From the human T2T-CHM13v2.0 reference genome, Homo sapiens, in NCBI RefSeq assembly GCF_009914755.1, contig NC_060929.1: 64,000 bases of DNA. One strand, given 5' to 3'. Shown in pieces: positions 11,218 to 28,425 of this stretch (its first letter is position 1; each line of letters starts with the position of its first letter). The translations under genes and the position numbers were made by a program. The notes under the pieces are model-generated. The model searched no databases. It worked only from the letters and a program-made list of their open reading frames with translations, and was not told where the DNA came from.

Positions 11218-13480
11218 AATAACTTAACTTTGGTCACACAAAAATACTTGAAACTTTTTCTTCCCTCCTCCCCCGTTTGTATATTTTTTGCCTTACTTTA
11301 AGATCTTTACCTATTATTTGTTCCTTAGCCACTAATTATAACTGTTTTTTACATTTTTTATTTTAAATCTTCATAATAAAGGATTGAAAATTGTACATAG
11401 CACCATTACAGCAATGGGGTATTCTGAGTTTTATTATAAATTTACCTCTACTGGTGAGTTTTATACTTTCATGTGTTTTCATGATAGCAATTATTATCCT
11501 TTTGTTTCCAGTTGAAACACCTTCTTAAGCATGTCTTGTAAATCCAGTCTAGTGGTGATAAATTCCCTTGGTTTTTGTTTGTCTGGGAAGGCTTGTATTT
11601 CTCCTTAATTTCTGAAAAACAAATTTGCTAGAAATAAAAATCTCGTCTGGTAGGTTTTTTTCTTTCAGGACTTGGAATACATCATCCCATTCTCTCCTAG
11701 CCCACAATGTTTCTGCTGAGAAATCTTCTGATAGTCTAACATGAATCCTCTTATATGTGACTTGACACTTTTACAGCTTTCTCTCTTTGTTTTTTGGCTG
11801 TTTGATTATAATCTGCCTCAGAGAGGGTCTTTTTGAGTTGAATCTAATTGAGGACTTTAAGCGTCCTGAATCTGGATGTCCATATCTCTCCTCAGATTTG
11901 GGATTTTTTTCAACTCTTATTTTGTTAGATTTTCTGTGCCCTTCTCCACCCTTCTCCCTCTGACTCTACTATAATGCAAAAATTTGTTTAATGTTGCCTC
12001 GTAAGTCCAATAACCTTTCTTCATTCTTTTTTATTCTTATTTTCTTCTTTTTGACTGGGTTATTTCAAAAGGTCTGTCTTCAAGTTCAAAAATTATTTCT
12101 TCTGCTTGACCTAGTCTGTTGTTGAAACTCTCAGTTGTATAATTTATTTATTGAATTCTTCAGATTCAAGATTTCTGTTTGGTTCTTTTTGTAATTTCTT
12201 TTTGTGGAATTTCTTACTCAGATCATGAATTGCTTTCCCGATTTCACTGAATTGCTTGTCTGTATTCCCTTGTATCTTGCTGAGTTTCCTTAAGATCATT
12301 ATTTTGAATTCATTTCAGGCATTTTATAAACATCCTTTTATTTGGGGTCTACTGTTGGAGATTGCTCCTTTGGAGGTGTCATGTTTTCTTGCTTTTTAAT
12401 ATTTCTTGTTTTCCTATATTGATATTTGCATATCTAGCAGAATTGTCACTTTTTCTAATTTTATGGAGTAGTTTTCACAGGGAGAGACTTTTTCTTATGG
12501 ATGGGTCCTACAGTACTGGTTGGTAATGACACATTGGCTTTGGTTCTGGGTGGACTTGGTGGTGTAGTCTCTGTGCAGTTTCTTCAGCTATAATGTTTGT
12601 AAGTGATAGCTGTGATTGCCTCAATGGCTTAGGCTATGGGAGTTTATGATGACAGCAGCATGGTTTTGCTGGGGGCAGGGGTGTTGGGCTGGTTGTTGGG
12701 GTACACCAGCCAACAGTATAGCTGTCTTTTCAGGGAGCAGGGTTGCTGACACTCTGGGTGAGGCAGGCCAGCTGGCTGTGCAGCAACTTCCCCACACTGC
12801 AGGTCTGCCTGTTCCCCAGGGGTGCCTTTCAGGTTTGGATGCCAGGGTCCCATTCATTCTGTCTAGCCTCTGGGCAGCTGAGGTCATGATGATTCATACA
12901 CCTTTGTGAACTTGATGGAATGATGGTGGAGCAGAGAGAATCAGTGGCTACTGGCTGCCAGGGCAAAATGCAGTCTAACAGTGGTCTCTAGCAGTGGGTC
13001 TGCTTTCAAGATGGTGCCATGACACAGCAGCTTAGGTTACAGAGGTTACAGGATGCACAATGTGGGCTCCTATTCTGAGGCAATGCATTTACATGAACTC
13101 CTGGCAACTGTCCAAATGGGATTTGGGCCTGTAAGGATTAGGGGACTCTTCTATAGCAAGGACCACTGGCGTCTGTGGTAGCAATGGGGACCACAGAGGA
13201 TCTCCAGCTCACTTTTTCCCCATAAGAATCTGCTCCCCACCACCCCCTAACACCAGGCTGCATCTGGTAGGGAAGACAGTGTAGCAGGGGCAGGGAGCCG
13301 TGCTCCCCTCTTTATGGTGCAATCTGGGAATTCTGTGCTTCACAGGTATATTGTTGCTCTGCTGGTACTCTACAGCATCATTCCTCAGTCCCTCCAGTCA
13401 AAATACAGTCTTTTACTTGTTTTCATCCCCTTTTGTTGGGGGACAAGTGCCAGGCAACTCTAGTTTGCCCTGTTGTTCAC
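11218..13480 (-). mobile_element. Old L1M element, 5'UTR/ORF1 region
   Basis: T-rich antisense ORF1 motifs (tctagtggtgataaattccc...ttgtttgtctgggaag; gtttctgctgagaaatct; tctgtcttcaagttca) followed by a GC-richer 5'UTR. Confidence 0.75.
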
Positions 13481-13559
13481 ATTAGTCTCCCACTTACTCT
13501 TAAATGTTTTTGTCTCCTGACTTCTGTGCTACACTCCCATCTAACTGAAGCTGCTCACT

Positions 13560-13792
13560 GGAGATTTCTTGACGACTGATTAGTTATCAGATTCTCTTGG
13601 GGCCACACTGTCCTTGGCTTTCAGCTGCATTTGGGGTTGTTACTGCGTCTTTCTTCTTGGCTCTTTTGCTGATACTATATTTTCAGGATACTCTTCTTTA
13701 TCTGACATCTTAAATGCAGGCATTTCCCTAAAGTTTTATCCTCAGTTGAATTCTCATCTCCCCCACAATCTTCTTACAAATTTTATCTACCC
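13560..13792 (+). mobile_element. LINE-2 fragment; continues at ~20103-20271 and ~21330-21560 beyond the L1 and LTR5 insertions
   Basis: Degenerate L2 motifs colinear across both insertions (gactccaaaatgtgcatctct..., cctaaatctcagtatgccaaaa). Confidence 0.5.
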
Positions 13793-13794
13793 CT

Positions 13795-14804
13795 GGAGGT
13801 TCCAAGATGGCCAAATAGGAACAGCTCCAGTCTACAGCTTCCAGTGTGAGCAATGCAGAAGACGGGTGATTTCTGCATTTCCAAGTGAGGTACCGGGTTC
13901 ATCTCACTGGGGCTTGTCAGACAGTTGGTGCAGCCCAAGGAGCGTAAGCCAAAGTAGGGTGGGGCATTGCCTCACCCAGGAAGTGCAAGGGGTCGGGGAA
14001 TTCCCTTTCCTAGCCAAGGGAAGCCGTGACAGATGGTACCTGGAAAAGTGGGACACTCCTACCCTAATACTACGCTTTTCCAACGGTCTTAGCAAACAGC
14101 ACACCAGGAGATTATATCCCACGCATGGCTCAGAGTGTCCCACGCCCATGGAGCCTCACTCACTGCTAGCACAGCAGTCTGAGATGGAACTGCAAGGTGG
14201 CAGTGAGACTTGGGGAGGGGCATCCACCATTGCTGAGGCTTGAGAAGGTAAACAAAGTGGCCAGGAAGCTCAAACTGGTTGAAGCCCACCACAGCTCAAG
14301 GAGGCCTGCCTGCCTCTGTAGACTCCACCTCTGGGGGCTGAGCATAGCTGAACAAAAGGCAGCAGAAACTTCTGCAGACTTAAACGTCCCTGTCTGACAG
14401 CTTTGAAGAGAGTAGTGGTCCTCCCAGCACAGAGTTTGAGATCTGAGAATGGACAGACTGCCTCCTCAAGTGGGTCCCTGACCCCGAGTAGCCTAACTGG
14501 GAGGCACCTCCCAGTAGGGGCCAACTGATACCTCATACTGCTGGGTGCCCCTCTGAGATGAAGTTTCCAAGGGAAGGATCAGGCAGCAACATTTGGCATT
14601 CTACAATATTTGCTGTTCTGCAGCCTCCACTGGTGATACCCAGGCAAACAGCGTCTGGAGTGGACCTCCAGCAAACTCCAACAGACCTTCAGCTAAGGGT
14701 CCTGACTGTTAGAAGGAAAACTAACAAACAGAAAGGACATCCACACCAAAACCCCCTCTGTACTTCACCATCATCAAAGACCAAAGGTAGATAAAACCAC
14801 AAAG
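13795..14804 (+). promoter_or_regulatory. L1 5'UTR internal promoter with intact YY1 site
   Basis: AAGATGGCC at 13804-13812. The rest of the UTR is CpG-decayed, so activity is unknown. Confidence 0.6.
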
Positions 14805-15830
14805 ATGGGGAGAAACCAGAGCAGAAAAGCTGACAATTCTAAAAATCAGAGCTCCTCTTCTCCTTCAAAGGAACACAGCCCCTTACCAGCAACAGAACAA
14901 AGATGACGGAGAATAACTTTGATGAGTTCAGAGAAGAAGGCTTCAGACGATCGGTAATAACAAACTTCTCAGAGCTAAAGGAGGATGTTTGAACCCATCG
15001 CAAAGAAGCTAAAACCCTCTAAAAAAGATTAGATGAATGGCTAACTAGAATAAACAGTGTAGAGAAGACCTTAAATGACCCAATGGAGCTGAAAACCACG
15101 GCATGAGAACTTTGTGATGCATGCACAAGCTTCAGTAGCCAATTCGATCAAGTGGAAAAAAGGGTATCAGTGATTGAAGATCAAATGAATGAAGTGAAGC
15201 GAGAAGAGAAGTTTAGAGAAAAAAGAGTAAAAAGAAATGAATAAAGCCTCCAAGAAATATGGGACTATGTAAAAAGACAAAATCTACGTCTGATTGGTGT
15301 GCCTGAAAGTGATGGGAAGAATGGAACCAGGTTGGAAAACACTCTTCAGGATATTATCCTGGAGAACTTCCCCAACCTAGCAAGGCAGGCCAACATTCAA
15401 ATTCAGGAAATACAGAGAACGCCACAAAGACACTCCTCGAGAAGAGCAACTCCAAGACACATAATTGTCAGATTCACCAAAGTTGAACTGAAGGGAAAAA
15501 ATGTTAAGGGCAGCCAGAGAGAAAGGTTGGGTTACCCACAAAGGGAAGCCCATCAGACTAACAGCAGATCTCTCAGCAGAAACTCTACAAGCCAGAAAAG
15601 AGTGGAGGCCAATATTCAACATTCCTGAAGAAAAGAATTTTCAACCCAGAATTTCATATCCAGCCAAACTAAGCTTCAAAAGTGAAGGAGAAATAAAATC
15701 CTTTACAGACAAGCAAATGCTGAGAGATTTTGTCACCACGAGGCCTGTCTTACAAGAGCTCCTGAAGGAAGCACTAAACATGGAAAGGAACAACAGGTAC
15801 CAGCCACTGCAAAAACATGCCAAATTGTAA
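14805..15830 (+). pseudogene. L1 ORF1p, disrupted by stops and frameshifts
   Basis: ATG at 14805. Fragments PESDG..ENTLQDII.ENFPNLARQANIQIQEIQRTP and LRAAREKG.VT.KGKPIRLTADLSAETLQAR...HAKL* lie in different frames. Confidence 0.92.
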
Positions 15831-15891
15831 AGACCATCGATGCAGTAGAAACTGCATCAACTAATGAGCAAAATAACCAGCTAACATCATA

Positions 15892-19882
<3,991 letters not shown>

Positions 19883-20271
19883 ACAGTGAGAACACTTGGA
19901 TACAGGGTGAGGAACATCACATACTGGGACCTGTTGTGGGGTGGGGGGAGTGGGGAGGGATAGCATTAGGGGATATACTTAATGTAAATGATGAGTCAAT
20001 GGGTGCAGCACGCCAACATGCACATGGACACATATGTAACAAACCTGCACGTTGTGCACATGTACCCTAGAACTTAAAGTATAATTGAAGAAAAAAGAAA
20101 AAAAATTTTTGTCTACCCTCTGACTTCATCATCTTGATAAAAAAGACTCCAAAATGTGCATCTCTAATTTCAAACTTTCTCAGTAGCTCTAGACTAATAG
20201 GTATTTTTAAAATATTCAGGACCTTTTCACCTGACTGCCACCCTAAATCTCAGTATGCCAAAAATTCATTG

Positions 20272-21259
20272 TGTAGGGAAAAGAAAGAGAGATCAGACTG
20301 TTATTGTGTCTATGTAGAAATGGAAGACATAAGAAACTCCATTTTGACCTGTACCCTGAACAATTGCTGTGCCCTGAGATGCTGTTAATCTGTAACTTTG
20401 CTCCAACCTTGAGCTCACAGAAACATGTGTTATATGGAATCAAGGTTTAAGGGATCTAGGGCTGTGCAAGATGTGCCTTGTTAACAAAATGTTTACAGGC
20501 AGTATGCTTGGTAAAAGTCATCACCATTCTCCAGTCTCGATAAACCAGGGGCACAATGCACTGCGGAAAGCTGCAGGGACCTCTGCCCTGGAAAGCCAGG
20601 TATTGTCCAAGGTTTCTCCCCATGTGATAGTCTGAAATATGGCCTCATGGGATGGGAAAGACCTGACCATCCCCCAGCTCAACACCCGTGAAGGGTCTGT
20701 GCTGAGGAGGATTAGTAAAAGAGGAAGTCCTCTTGCAGTTGAGATAGAGGAAGGCCACTGTCTCCTGCTTGCCCCTGGGAACTGAATGTCTCGGTATAAA
20801 ACCCGATTGTACATTTGTTAAATTCTGAGATAGGAGAAAAGCCTCCCTGTGGCGGGAGGCGAGACTTGTTGGCAGCAATGCTGCTCTGTTACTCTTTACT
20901 CCACTGAGATGTTTGAGTGGAGAAAAGCATAAATCTGGCCTACGTGCGCATCCAGGCACAGTACCTTCCCTTGAACTTATTTGTGACACAGATTCCTTTG
21001 CTCATGTGTTTTCTTGCTGACCTTCTCCCCACTATCACCCTGCTCTTCTGCCGCATTCCTCTTGCTGAGATAGTGAAAATAGTAATTAATAAATACTGAG
21101 GGAACTCAGAGACCGGTGCCGGTGCAGGTCCTGCATATGCTGGGCTGGTCCCCTGGGCCCACTTTTCTTTCTCTATACTTTGTGTCTTACTTCTTTTCTC
21201 AGTCTCTCGTCCCGCCTGATGAGAAATACCCACAGGTATGGAAGGGCTGGCCCCCTTCA
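20272..21259 (+). mobile_element. HERV-K (HML-2) solo LTR, LTR5B-like
   Basis: 988 bp, tgtagggaaaagaaagagagatcagactg...ggctggcccccttca. TATAAAA at 20795, AATAAA at 21088, TSD CATTG (20267-20271 / 21260-21264). Confidence 0.93.
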
Positions 21260-22021
21260 CATTGTCCACCTCCTTGCTAAATTGTGTGTGTATATGTATA
21301 TATATATATGTATTTCCCAAGAACTCAGGCTTAAACTCTAGGGAATTTTCTGATCACTTACTGCCTTAGCCCCAACATTGACCCTGTTTCCAAGCACTAT
21401 TGATTCTACCAGTCCAGTGTTTCAGTCTCTCACGTGGTCCTCTTCTTTCATGTTCTCACTGTCACCAATCTGGTAAAGGCTCTTCATTCTCTTCTTTCTT
21501 GTAATAGCGACCTCATTGTTCTTGCTCCACCTGGCAAATGAGCCTCTTGGATGCTTCCAATCACATTGGTTTCTCATTCTCCACACCTTTACTCAGGTGC
21601 TTTCCTCAGCATCCCCTTTTCAGTAAGTTACCCTGGAATCCATAGACTTTTCTTTGCCATTTTGGCATTTTACCACGTTACTTTGTTGCAATTTGTGCAC
21701 CTCTAACTTTTCATTATTACCTTAGTTTGTCTTGGAAGCCCCTGAAGTGATGAAGAGTTTACAATCTGAGAGGACAAATAAGCTACATCCACAACTATAA
21801 AGCCCTTGTAGAAAGTAATAATATGTGTTCATCTTGCTTCCTCTTCTAAATATAAACTTAGGGTAATAATTTTGCCTTATATTCTTCTATTCCCACCCTC
21901 ATTCAAAGTTCAGGATAGTGTGGGACAGAGATTTCAATAAACCTCTGCTACTTAAGGGACTCGTAGACTTGAAAAATATCTGAAGAGAACAAATCTGTCT
22001 TGAGCCAGAAGATGTCCCAAC

Positions 22022-22348
22022 TAGAGGTAGCAAACTGGTGGCCATGGGGCCATATACTGATTGCAAATATATTTTAATGATCCTCCTAAGGTTTTAAATA
22101 TTTAAATTAATTTCTCAATCTTTATTAGGTTGAAAGATTACATACAAAAATCTGGATTTCCAGCTTCTCTTGAAAAACAATTACAGTTAGCAACACTAGA
22201 CCCACTGAATGACCCTGGACAACAATTGGCTGGGGCTGACATACGTGCCTTTTTGGGACACAGCCAAGACTCTCCAGGTAGCCACAAGTTTTTCCCACCC
22301 TATTTAAGTTACCAGCCTGGTCCCTGTAGGCAGAGTTTGGAATCCCTG
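22022..22348. mobile_element. MER102-like hAT-Charlie relic
   Basis: agaggtagcaaactggtggcc...aaaaatctggatttccagcttctcttgaaaaa...cctggtccctgtaggc...gtttggaatccctg. Confidence 0.7.
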
Positions 22349-23407
22349 ATTGTACCCCACCCACCAGTCAGGTTCTTCCTCCAGCACCATGCTAAAAAAT
22401 ATTTCAGATTTCTCAATGACCTCTATTTCCCAGGCTGATAAATGAAGGCCCATTTCGCAGGGGTCCTGTGGAGCCATTTCCTAGACCAATTACTGCCTGT
22501 GACCTCATTCCAGTTCCTCCTGCCTTTCTTCCCCTCTGTTTAAAATGAAAGTAAGCCAAGACCCTAAACAAAAACAGGCTTTCATCCTCAACCTCCTTAA
22601 AGAACAAATTAGAGCCTAAGCTTTAAGAGCAACTATTGTCAGCCCATCTCAAGCCAGAGTGTCTCCCCAGAACAAACATCAGCAACTTTTACATGGCCCA
22701 GAGGTCCAGGGCCATGGGGAAATAGAGGGAATTTCCCAAGTTAAGCAAGAATTCAGTGCTACCAGTTCTGAAAGGGTTTTTAAATACAATGTGAAAGTTC
22801 CAGAAGGCCTCTGAATTTTGTTTGTAAAGCAGATATGCAGCAACTTCTGGGAAGCTTCCAGATGATTAATGGAATCCACACTTTCTATGTGGCTATCCCA
22901 TTTACTATAGACTCAGCCTCCAGAACTGAGCAAAATCGTACCATCTGTGAATCAACTGAACTCCCCTTGATACCCTTTATCATAGCAGAAATACTAATGA
23001 TGAATATGAAATGTAATTGCTGGGTGGGGCCGAGCTAGGATGAGACGTGAAATGAGGCAATGCTTCAAGTGAAAATGTGTGTTCAATTAATGTGGCATTA
23101 AATTCCTCAGGTTTTATTGTAATCTTATTCATTCCCCACAGTCGATCTTTTCTGAGAAAATTAAAAAAAAAATACATTACAATTGCACATTGGTTCTGAT
23201 GTGACTATGCTATCGTTCTCAAACTTTTGAGAAACACTATTAGATGTGTCAGGAGTGTGTTTCCTAGATTGTTTGTAATACAACTAAGGGGCAGGAGGCT
23301 ATCACCTTGAGAGGTGCCACAACTCTAAACAAGCAGGGGCCTTCCTTGTTTAAACTGTCTTCTTTGACTGATTTGTGACTAGAAATTTACCAAATGCAGC
23401 TTCATAG

Positions 23408-23410
<3 letters not shown>

Positions 23411-23454
<44 letters not shown>
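23411..23454. repeat. Perfect (TG)22 microsatellite
   Basis: Read directly. Confidence 0.98.
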
Positions 23455-23455
<1 letters not shown>

Positions 23456-23989
23456 TGACGAGGAGCTCTAGCTGTGCAGCTGAGCAGGTGTTGGAGAAGC
23501 TGAAGGTTAATGATTTAATTCATCAAGTGTCCCAGCCTCCCATGTGCACAACAGCAGCCCACACCCAGCCACTCCCATTGTTCTGGTGGGTGGGACGGAG
23601 GGCTCTGGGCACAGACTCAGGTGGGCCAGTCCGAGGGCTGTGGCAGGCAAGGTGAGCAGTTCTGGCAACGGGGTGTGGGTGGGCTCCCACAGACCTAGAC
23701 AAAGGCTCTGCTCCTACATGCAGTATCTGGTGAAAATAATAACAACATTAAAGAATAACATGAGCATATAGAGTTCCAGGCCTCAGCAGGACTGACAGTG
23801 CTTCTCAGCAGGGGCCCCTTGCTTCAGAGCCAGATTAGCTAAGTGCTAACCTGAGTAGGGGTCGCTCAGCACTCAGACCCTCTCCCCGCAAGGGCACTGA
23901 ATCCTGCACATCTACTGGAAGCCCCAAAAGTCGTGACCCCTGCTATTTCCCTTTCCCCACCTCTCTGTGTCTGTACAGACCTATTAGCC

Positions 23990-24170
23990 CAGAGGTCACA
24001 AATTGCAGCCAAGGGCTGGGGTCTGCCTGCAGGGGGGTTTTGTTCATCTGGCAAAGTTTGATCTTTTTTTCTTTACCCTGAAAACCTTCACTATGGCCCT
24101 CATCAGCTCACTGGCTTACATTGACCACTTCACATGCTCTTATCTGCCCTGCAGGTGAATGTGATCCCTA
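23990..24170. mobile_element. Degenerate hAT-Charlie-type relic
   Basis: cagaggtcacaaattgcagcc start and ...tgtgatcccta end resemble the termini of the element at 22022. Confidence 0.4.
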
Positions 24171-25949
24171 GACCTTTAACACCTGGCTCTGAGTCCTGCC
24201 CGCACCTTCCAGGCACCACTCACTCCCATGGCTCCACTCCTGGGCTCCTTGATACAGGTACTCACAGTCCTACCACACGACTTGATTCTTGTTGATGGTT
24301 TAGTGTATGCTTATCTCAGTATTATTTTTGTCAGTATACATGTGCTCTGTCTCTTTTCTGTTGTAAACAGTGAGCTCCTTAAAGACATGGATTACAGGTA
24401 TTTCTCCACAGGTTCTCTTAGTAGTGGGTAGGAAAGGAAAACAGTTGTGAAGATCCAGCTCATTTCTTCTCATAACATCCTTCAAGACGTAACAAAAGAG
24501 ATCTGTTACACCCATTCCACAGGTAGGGTATCAAGGCCCACAGACTGATGAAATCAATCACAGACCATCAGTAGGCAGGGCCTGAATCTGAGCCTAGACT
24601 TTCAACTCAGAGCTCTATTAAGTTTCTTATCTTCCTTTGACCTATCTAGGCCTTTTTCCTACAAGTGAAATGAAACAAAACAAATACTTCTTTCATCTAA
24701 GTGAAGAGAAAATAGAAGAAACCAGTTAAAATTTTCCTTTCTGTTACTCATGGTGGAGGCAAATGAACAGTGAAGCAAATTAGCCAAGTTGAGCCACTTT
24801 TCTCAGCAAAGCCGTACTCTCTGTATGCTTCTATTATGCTTGTAGGAAGAGTCCAGAGTTTCCTGTACACCTCACTGAGTTCCTGAGCCCTTACTGAATG
24901 CTCAGGGGAGCTTAGGGTATGCTGAGGCATGGTTCAAAATTCCACATAAATGCAGCCAACTTGGAGGTGTTTTGAGCTGTGGAATGCAAGTGTGTCTTTG
25001 CTTGGCAGGAAAAAATTGCTCCTTTATATCTTATTCTCACTGCTCTAGGAAAATTGTAAAAATGACAAAGTTACTCCAACACCTGTCCCCACCCTGCAGT
25101 GAAGTGGAAGTGGGGAAGGAGAATCATTGATGATGACCACGGTTTACTGCCAGCTCTGCTGGTAGAGGCAGGGCTCATTTTTATGTTGTCTAGTAAAATC
25201 GAGCATGCAAGTGTTCTTGAAATGAATATACCAATAACAAGGAAAGAAGGGCATATTTGGGAAGGGCAGAGGCTGTTAGGAGAGAGGGGAGCTGGTGCAA
25301 TTAAACTGCTTAATTTCCTCTGAGTAGAGCCAGAGCAGTCAGGCACTTGGTTGTTGCTGAGTGGGAAACCTCTCTGTCCTTGGGGTGGTTTAAGGTCTCC
25401 AGCATATCCCACATAATGGGGTGGAGCAATCGGTGCTGAGACCTTACTCTTAGAAGCCAATTCAAGCCAGGCCTCATTCCAGGTGAGGTCGTACCTGCAG
25501 CTGAGCTAGCATTAGAATATCTACTGATTCTTAGATTGGCCTATCTCAGTGCCACAGGACTGGCTTGAGGCCTAGAACACAGTAGGAAGATAACCTGGTA
25601 ATTCACCTGAGCTCCAAAAGGGGAGGCCTTAATTTCCACAAAATCCCAAAGTCATTCAAACAACTTTGGAAAGCCTTTCAATCCTCCAAGCAATCCTTCC
25701 ACCCTGCCCAGCCTCAGGACACCTCCTCACTTTTTCTGTATCTCCACTTGAGGTGACACATTCTCACCTGACTGGGTCTTTTTAGGTGATAGTATCTTCC
25801 AGTGACTTCATGAGATGCCTGAGCAATGGCCCAAGACTTAACAATATAGATTCCATTCAAATACCTCTAGGAAGCCTCCAAGGTAGAAATTCAATGGCAA
25901 GAGGTCAGCACACCTTGGCTGGCTCCTAGGGGCAAGTGGATTAGATTTA

Positions 25950-26570
25950 ATTTAATAACATGAATAGATAATTCATTAACATGCTTCAAAACTCAAAATG
26001 ATGTCAGAAGTGCCCTTTAAAAAGTCTAGGTCCCTCTCCCTCACCACTAGCTCATCTATCCCAGTCTCTACTTCTCAAAAGTAACCATTTTATGAGTTCC
26101 CTGAATATCCTTCCAGTGTTCCTTTATGCAAACACAGGCAAATACGTACTCTTTCCCATCCCTTACACAAAATGTAGCAAATTATATACAAAGTTTTGCA
26201 TTTTGCTTTTCCACTTAATAATATATCCTGGCAATTTGTATTAATTTACTGAAAACTTCCTCACTCATTTTTGTAGCTGCATAGTGTTTATGTGGTTCTG
26301 CTATAATTTATTTAACTGGTTTCCTACAGATGAACCCTTAGATTGAATTTAATCTTTATTATTACAAAACAGAGCTGCAGCTGAAAACCTTGTACATACA
26401 TCTTATTATACATATATAGGTATGTATGTAGGTAAATCCCCAGAAGTGAGATTGTTTGGAATGCAACTGTCAATGCATTTGTAATTTTAAGGAATATAAC
26501 ACAACTGTCCTCCATAGACCTGGCCTGTTTGACCCCTCACAAGTATTGTAGGAAAGTGCCTGTTTGTCAA
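25950..26570 (-). mobile_element. Old L1 (L1MC/L1ME) 3' fragment
   Basis: atatccttccagtgttcctttatgca..., taggtaaatccccagaagtgagattg..., gcatttgtaatttt. Confidence 0.65.
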
Positions 26571-26919
26571 GTGAAATGTTGGAGAGGAAACAGTTCCTTG
26601 TGCCAGGGCAGCCCTCAAGACTCCACGTGAAAGAGAGGTGAAAGACAGGAGACGGTTTGTGTTGCACTGCGTGGCACTCAGAAGAACACTGGAATGAGTT
26701 TCAGAGAAGCGAAATCCACTTGAGTTCCTGTGGGCCTTAGAAAGTGTTCTGCAATGGGATTGCCCTTTGGGAGACCTCTTTCAGAGCAGAAGTTGAACAA
26801 CTGCCTTACTCCTTTGATGAAGGACTCAAACATTATTTGAGTTTTTGAGCATATGATACTTGCGGTGTCAATAATTCAAATCCTGGTTATAGCAGGAGGG
26901 CAAAGGGGCCATGCAGCAG

Positions 26920-27130
26920 AGCCCTGGCCTGGGAGTTGGGATTTGTGTGTTCTAAGTTCACATCTGCCTTTCTGTGACTGAACTCACCTCTCAGCTTCAG
27001 ATGCCTCACTTGTGCAATGGTTAAATGATTCTTGCCCTTCCTTTCTTTCGGGATCATTGAAGAAATCAGATAATGTGGACAGAAGCCCCCACAAACTGGA
27101 AACTGCTCTTTAAATGTAGGAGTTATTATT
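26920..27130 (+). mobile_element. MIR
   Basis: ctgtgactgaactcacctctcagcttcagatgcctcacttgtgcaatgg core. Confidence 0.5.
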
Positions 27131-28259
27131 CCTGAAAGGCAGTGTCCAATCAGAATGCCAAGAACTGTGGGTCTGGCAAGGCAAATGAATGAAAAGTAGG
27201 TCATGAGAAACCGAGTCCGTTGGTTCATGGAGGGTAATCTGGGTCGTCTGTGGTGAATGCACACGTCAACCTGTTCTACCCATTGCAGACAAGGGCTCTG
27301 ATTGGAAACCCTCTGACTCCTCCGTGCTTCTTGGCCTTTGACAAGTTTATCACAGATGGGAGAAGGACATTCTGTTTCTTCAGTGTTATGGGCTGACTCA
27401 CTTCCCTCTTCTCTGCAATAAGCACAAAGGCCAAAGTCAGTCCACTCTACCAAGAAACAGCAAAATGGCTCTGAGAGTGGTGTCCTTCCGGATTGGTGGT
27501 AAGGAAAATATGTCTATGAATATTCATTCACTGCTCATTTAGGAGTGTTCTGTGTAAAGACTCTTTGAAAGCTGATGAGAATGGGCATAAAAGGTTTGAT
27601 TAATTCCTGAGTCAGCTGGCCCCTACCCCAAAACACATGCAATGATTGTCACAGAGAGCTGGTTTACAAAGAAAATGTTTCTGCAGATGTGTGGGCTTGG
27701 TACTGCCACCGCCACCCACTCTCCAACAAGAATAAAACAGACTCTGGGATTGGGCTGGGCCCTTTAGGGTTAAGCCACAGATCCTAAAGTCAAATTAAAT
27801 ATCAGCTCCTGAAGGGAACATCCCCAATGCTCACATTTTCCAAGATGTCAGGTCTGAGTATAGGGGACCTCTATCTGAAATTCCTCCCCTTTCCTCTCTG
27901 TGTATTCAGGTCCCATCTATCCTTACAGACATCGCAGGCTCTACTGGCCCTGGTGAAGTCTCGCCTGACTGCTTCATCTCACAGGGATATTTCATTCTTT
28001 TGCAATCAATGAACTCTTGTAGGTCCCTCCCTCTAGAGAGTTAATTACACACACTTGCCACCCTGTCACGTCTCCCTGCATTGTTGGCTTACTATAATAA
28101 TGATCTTCATTATCATTACCTGTTTATATGTTCTTTCTCTGCTCAAGCGATCCCACATTCATTTTCCCTCAACAACATATACTGATCACGCAACATGTAC
28201 CCTGACTCACTGATGAGGAATCAAATATAAAGATAATAATAATGATGATGTAATAACCC

Positions 28260-28425
28260 CAAAACAATATTTACAGAGTACTATACCCCAGCTTCTGGGC
28301 TACACACTATCTTATTTAATTCTCACAACAACCATTTGAAGAAAGGTTTGTCATTATCCCCATTTTACAGATGAGGAAACAGGCTCAGAAAATCTAATAA
28401 ATCTGTCTGAGGCTACACAGCTAGC
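28260..28425 (-). mobile_element. MIR
   Basis: attatccccattttacagatgaggaaacaggctcaga core. Confidence 0.75.

Noticed and set aside
13614-14243. 209-aa ORF
   Set aside because: Chance read-through from an L2 remnant into the L1 5'UTR, with a non-ATG start.
19938-19959. G-quadruplex-forming run
   Set aside because: A standard feature of the L1PA 3'UTR, not specific to this locus.
26887-27453. 188-aa ORF on - strand
   Set aside because: Non-ATG start, C-terminal half runs through an antisense MIR, and I recognise no homology.
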